DNA of 64,000 nucleotides from the human T2T-CHM13v2.0 reference genome, Homo sapiens. Positions 58,024 through 64,000 of this stretch are shown piece by piece (the first letter of the stretch is position 1; every line of letters begins with the position of its first letter). A program made the translations under genes and the position numbers. The DNA is taken from NCBI RefSeq assembly GCF_009914755.1, contig NC_060926.1; one strand, given 5' to 3'. The notes under the pieces were generated by a model. It searched no databases and was not told the origin of the DNA. It was given only the letters and a program-made list of their open reading frames with translations.

Positions 58024-61000
58024 CATTGAATCTATAATATAGGTTTATAACCTATACAAAGAGCTATATATAGACAGGACACATTAATGGACATGTGAGA
58101 AGCAGAAATATGAATTCATGAAAGTTTAGTGGAGGTTAGAAACAAAAGCTCTTAGCTAACTTTACACATGTTATCTCATACAAGTCTCGATGTACAGTTT
58201 TTAGGAGGTATGTGTCTCTATCCCATATTTTATGAAAGAAATGATGACTCAGAATGTTTAAGTAAATTCTCCTTACTCCATATTGGAGCCAGGTTTTGAG
58301 TTCAGAAATCTCTCAGTCCAAGGACAATATTCTTTCCTTCAATATATCCCACTGTCATGGGAGCCAAAGGAAGAAGGAAGAGAGAATTTAAAATAAATGA
58401 AATAGAAAGACACTTTCAAGAGGATTGCATGGTTTAGAGAGAGAAGAGAGAAACAGAATTAAGTCCTCATTTGATGTTGGGTAGGTAGGAGTGGAAGCTA
58501 GGCTATAAGGTCCAAACACATAGTGAGAAACAGGTAGGTAAAGGTATGAATTCTACTCAGGAACTGACAAATTGTGTTTGCTCTTTATCCTATTTATGCT
58601 ATTTTTCATAACAGTGAAAATCTGACTATGAAGAAATTAAGATAGTATAAGAAGAAAAACTAAAGTGGATATTAGCTACCTGTTTGTTCATTGGGTGAAA
58701 TAGTTGACGCCACACAGTCTTACTTCATTGTTCCGTAAATATTGCATATATCCTAATATCATCCCCCAATTAAATTGTGATTTTCATTAGGGAAAGTATC
58801 CAATACCATAATGTCTTAATATGTTTTTATTATAGGTCTTTCTTAGCAAAAAATTGTGTTAATTTGTATGAATGCAGAATAGAGTTCACTGTGGCATAAG
58901 GTATAAGTCATAATTTCTGAAACAGATACAAATGGTTTCCAATTCTTTATTTACCATATATTTTCTTGGGAATTGATATATGGTGCTTTGTATAAACACT
59001 CAACAATATTTGTATGATAATATAACAAAGAAACTTTCTTGGTAGAAAGTGAAAATCATCATTTCTTAGTGATGGCAAAGGAGGGGGAATTGTAGTGGAG
59101 CAAAATGCATATGATTCCTGGTTGTTCAAAGGGATTGAATTCACAAAATTCACAAAATTATTAATTAGAAAATACATAGCCCAAGATATAAACTGACTGT
59201 GTTGGGAAATATTGTAAACCAACATCTCTAGGTTTTAATTTCTTAAAGTAGTTATGTATCTACTAATTAGCTAGGAAGGCTCTGAATAAACTGTTTTTTA
59301 ATAAAAAGAGATTTATCTAATTGTTTTATATTGTCAAAGATTATATACATGTAGGCAGTATAGGTATATCGTGAAATCTCTAACTCCTGGTGAGAACTAA
59401 CCAGTGTTTGTGTATTCTTGATCTTCAAAAATTATTCACGTTTTCAAATTTTTGCATTTTCTGAGAAGTTTTTGTGAGAAATATTCACAGACATTTTCAA
59501 CTATATGAAGGGATATGATTTTATTAACCAGTGAAGAAGGTTAAGGCAAAAATAAATACTTATTTAAAATACAGGCATCTACTGTATATCTCCGGTGACC
59601 TTAAAGTACATTTCTATTATAATAAAGGTGAAAAATATCACTATCCTATTTTTATGGATGGTGAAACTGAATCACACGAGGTGTGTGTCATACTTTATGT
59701 CACACCAATCAGAGGAAAACAAGGAATCTAGCCCAGGGCTCCCACTTTCAGTTTTAGTCACTAACCCTTTTCAAAAGCTTCTTTTGCGAGATATGACTTT
59801 TAAATCAGACAGCTGGAGATCAGTTCCTGCTTAGCGGTCAAGTTGTGAGCCACCTGCATTGTTGACCCCACTTAGAGAGGAGACATTGTGAGGAATTTGC
59901 CCTTTTCCAAAACTCTTGGGGGAAAACACAGGAAGTCTGGCAGGGAGAAAGCCCCAGCAAGTCACCTTTGAAAAATGTAAACAGGATTTTCAAGGGTACA
60001 AAGACCCAGGATAATAATTTTCTTTTTAAGTTTTGCTTTATTTATAATAAAAGATTTGTATATATTTATACACAATATATGTCTATAGGTATCTTTTCTT
60101 TAAAGTACAAATACCTTGCCTTCCATGTTTAGGGAGGTGTGAGTAAAACAACTCTTGAGCGTAGAATGGAATTAAATTTACGCAAAATAGGCTGCCAGAG
60201 CTATAATTACAGAAGCTAGATAATTAGTTGCTGACCCCAGAATTTCTTCAGCTGCTAATTTATACTTGAGATGCCTTTATGGGGCATAAAGCCTTTGAGT
60301 CTGACCTTAGGATAGAGTCATGCACTTCGTATCCAAAGACTATAAGGCAGCGACCATGCCTCCTAACAGTGGAGTAAATACCCGAGAGCACTCTCTCTCT
60401 AGAAGATCAATTTTGACTTGCAGGGAGTCGTAAGTATGGTGGCCCTCACCACCTCAAAGTGTGAGTACAGAAATACTACACAGGAGAGGAAAGAAAACAA
60501 AGGGAGCTGAGGTGCTGGGCCAAATGTAGGTGACTTGCTAGTTTTGCTCTTCTAAACTTCTCCTCCTGCTTCTTCTCTTCTTTCTCTTCCTCTTTCTCCT
60601 CCCTGTTGGTCTGGTTCTTTCCCTTCCTCCTTTTCCTCCAGCAATTGTATCTATTAAGCACTTATTACCTTCTTGGTGTTGTGCTGAACACTTGCCACAT
60701 TTATTATTTTATCTGGCTGATGAGTCTTTTTCTCAGGATGGTGGAGCATGACTACAGGTTTTGGGCAAAGGTATTTGCCTATCTAAGGTTGAAGTAGGTA
60801 TTTTGACACCATTTGCCTATATAACTATAATGATGATAATGTAATGGCCATCACAGCAATATCCACCTGGCAGTATTAAATTGCAGTTACTTCTTCTACC
60901 CCTCCCCTTCTACCCACTCTTCAGCTGATAAACTGACAAGTATACAGTTGTAGTGTCAAGTGGATGGTAATTTTTGCTTTCATGGATTTTAATGTGCATT

Positions 61001-61289
61001 TTCTATGTCTTCTTATGAAAAACCCCAGATAATAAAGATATCTGCTTTCCATGTAGGTAGTAAGCCTCATATCAACATAGACTGAATATGACATGTCACC
61101 AGGAATTTAATTCTAGAATTTTCCCACATCCTCCTAAAAATAACTTCTCCTTTTCCTCCTTTCTAAAAATGGCTTACATTTTTTCCTTCAAGAACTAGAA
61201 AAATGTAGTCAAAAATTATTCTTATATATCTTACATTTTTCTAGGAAAAAAATAAGCAGTAGTTATTAGTAGATAGGCTTCTGTTAAGT

Positions 61290-61546
<257 letters not shown>

Positions 61547-61995
61547 GTTATTTATTTTAACAAGGCTCTAAGTAATTCTTTCTAGAAGTCAAAGAAAGAT
61601 ATATTGAAATATATTTATATATTTGTTGCTTGGTACAACCTAAGTGATGTTTGGAAAACTGCTCTGTGGAAACATGATGATTTAAACAAAGATGATGGAG
61701 ATGTTTTAAAATATAGGAGTTTCAAATAAATTTATTTGCAATAACAAATTGTAAAACATCAAAGAGTGCCCATTCAATCCCTATTTTCTATGAGGCCTTA
61801 TAAAGTGTTTCTTCTTATCTGTTAGATTTAAATTCTGTACACATAAAAATCTTATATTCAGGGGAAAATCCAGAGTTTTGCTTACTGAATACATCTTCTT
61901 TATTTTGGGGAAGGCATACATTGAATAGATTTAAAATTATAAATAAATGTATTCATCAGAAATAACAGAAGCAACATTTCATAGTATGGACTTAA

Positions 61996-62348
<353 letters not shown>

Positions 62349-62502
62349 AGAACACTTTCTTATATACGAATTGACATAACTTACTACTTTGGTTAGGCAG
62401 TTTCCATTTGTTTTTCATCTTGGTAAAGACGAATGGTAAAATTCAAATTTGGTAAAATCAAGGGCAGAGAGAGAGTCATTGCATCTTAAATTAAGAACCA
62501 TG

Positions 62503-62889
<387 letters not shown>

Positions 62890-64000
62890 TTAACCTACAT
62901 TAAGCGTTTTTCTTCATCATTATTCCTTGTATTCATAGAGCATAATTATGACATTATATTCAATACTAAATGAGTGGCTTTACCAGATTAAGAGTAATAT
63001 CATGATATTTCTGGATTATTAGGGTCATTAAAGATTAGCAAAAAAGAACAGGAAATTCAGAAAATTAAAACTTGCCTATTTAAAGATATCTACATTATCA
63101 GTTTCTCATAAGGTTTCCTTCTTAATGTTGATTTTACTGTTATTATTACTAGCCTTTAAGGTGAAATATAGTTTTAAGTATGCCATTTTTTGAAAACTAT
63201 TACTTGTAACATTTTAGCATTATTGTGATAGAATCTGGGTCCACTTAGCACTATTAGATAATTTTCTTGATGCCATACTGTCACGTGAACATTGGATCTA
63301 GGTATTATTTGCTCTGTACAAGAAATATAAAGATTCAAGTCTTCTTAAATTCCTTCAAAGACCTCATTCCTGTATAGAAACAGCCATGGTACTCAAAAAT
63401 TAAGACAAAATAGTAGTGCCTACCCAATTGCCTGGGTTTTTATACTTTGCTTTTCTAAATGCCACTTCTATTTTTGAAAATTGTCTTTTGCATTTCTCGT
63501 AAGGAAACACATAGCAACTTGTCTCCTTGAATGAAGAGAGGTGACAAATAATTTCTCCACTGATGGCATTATTGTGATTGTGGCATGGTCTTGAACCTGT
63601 GAAACGCCAAAAATAATAAGTGAAGCAGTAAAAAACTCAAGAGAGAGGCTAGTGAGGGTTCATGAGTCAGAGAACATATATCTTACTCAATTCTCTTATT
63701 AAAGCAGATGTCATTACTGAACGTCAGGCTTAGTTTTTTTCTGCCTTTTGGAGTGGTTTTTTTTTTTTTTAAAGAGGATAATAATAAAATTGCAAACCCA
63801 TTCCATAATTGTAGGCCAGGTGGAGTGCTCATTTTCACATTAGAGCTTGTGCAATCTGGAGGGAAATTTGGTTTAGTATTACTCGTGAGTTGGTGGATCA
63901 GATGAAAGCCAGTCAAGTGGAAGAGAGGACTGTGTGAAGTGCGCTGGCTCCCCTGATAATTAGAATGCTGCAGGCGTTCCTCCAGTCAGCTAATAGATTT

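Overview
AT-rich primate genomic DNA, most likely human (AluY elements; the spliced translation matches human CPS1 as I recall it). The window lies entirely inside CPS1 (mitochondrial carbamoyl-phosphate synthetase 1) on the + strand. It begins in intron 1, contains 20 coding exons (canonical exons 2-21; 2,561 nt, about codons 43-896, all GT-AG with compatible phases) and ends more than 14 kb into intron 21. The introns carry Alu, L1, MaLR/ERVL LTR, MIR and L2 remnants plus microsatellites. I found no new gene or previously undescribed biological system. The observations most worth checking are: an L1 5'-inversion whose two pieces come from about 3 kb apart in the element; a 31-bp young L1 3' stub that adds many AATAAA signals 100 bp after exon 9; a head-to-head AluY pair 154 bp apart; a candidate internal first exon for the Met452 isoform; two local duplications each followed by a hairpin; a strong CTCF-like motif; and the Ala344 allele. 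Repeat subfamily calls and reference comparisons are from memory, not database searches.
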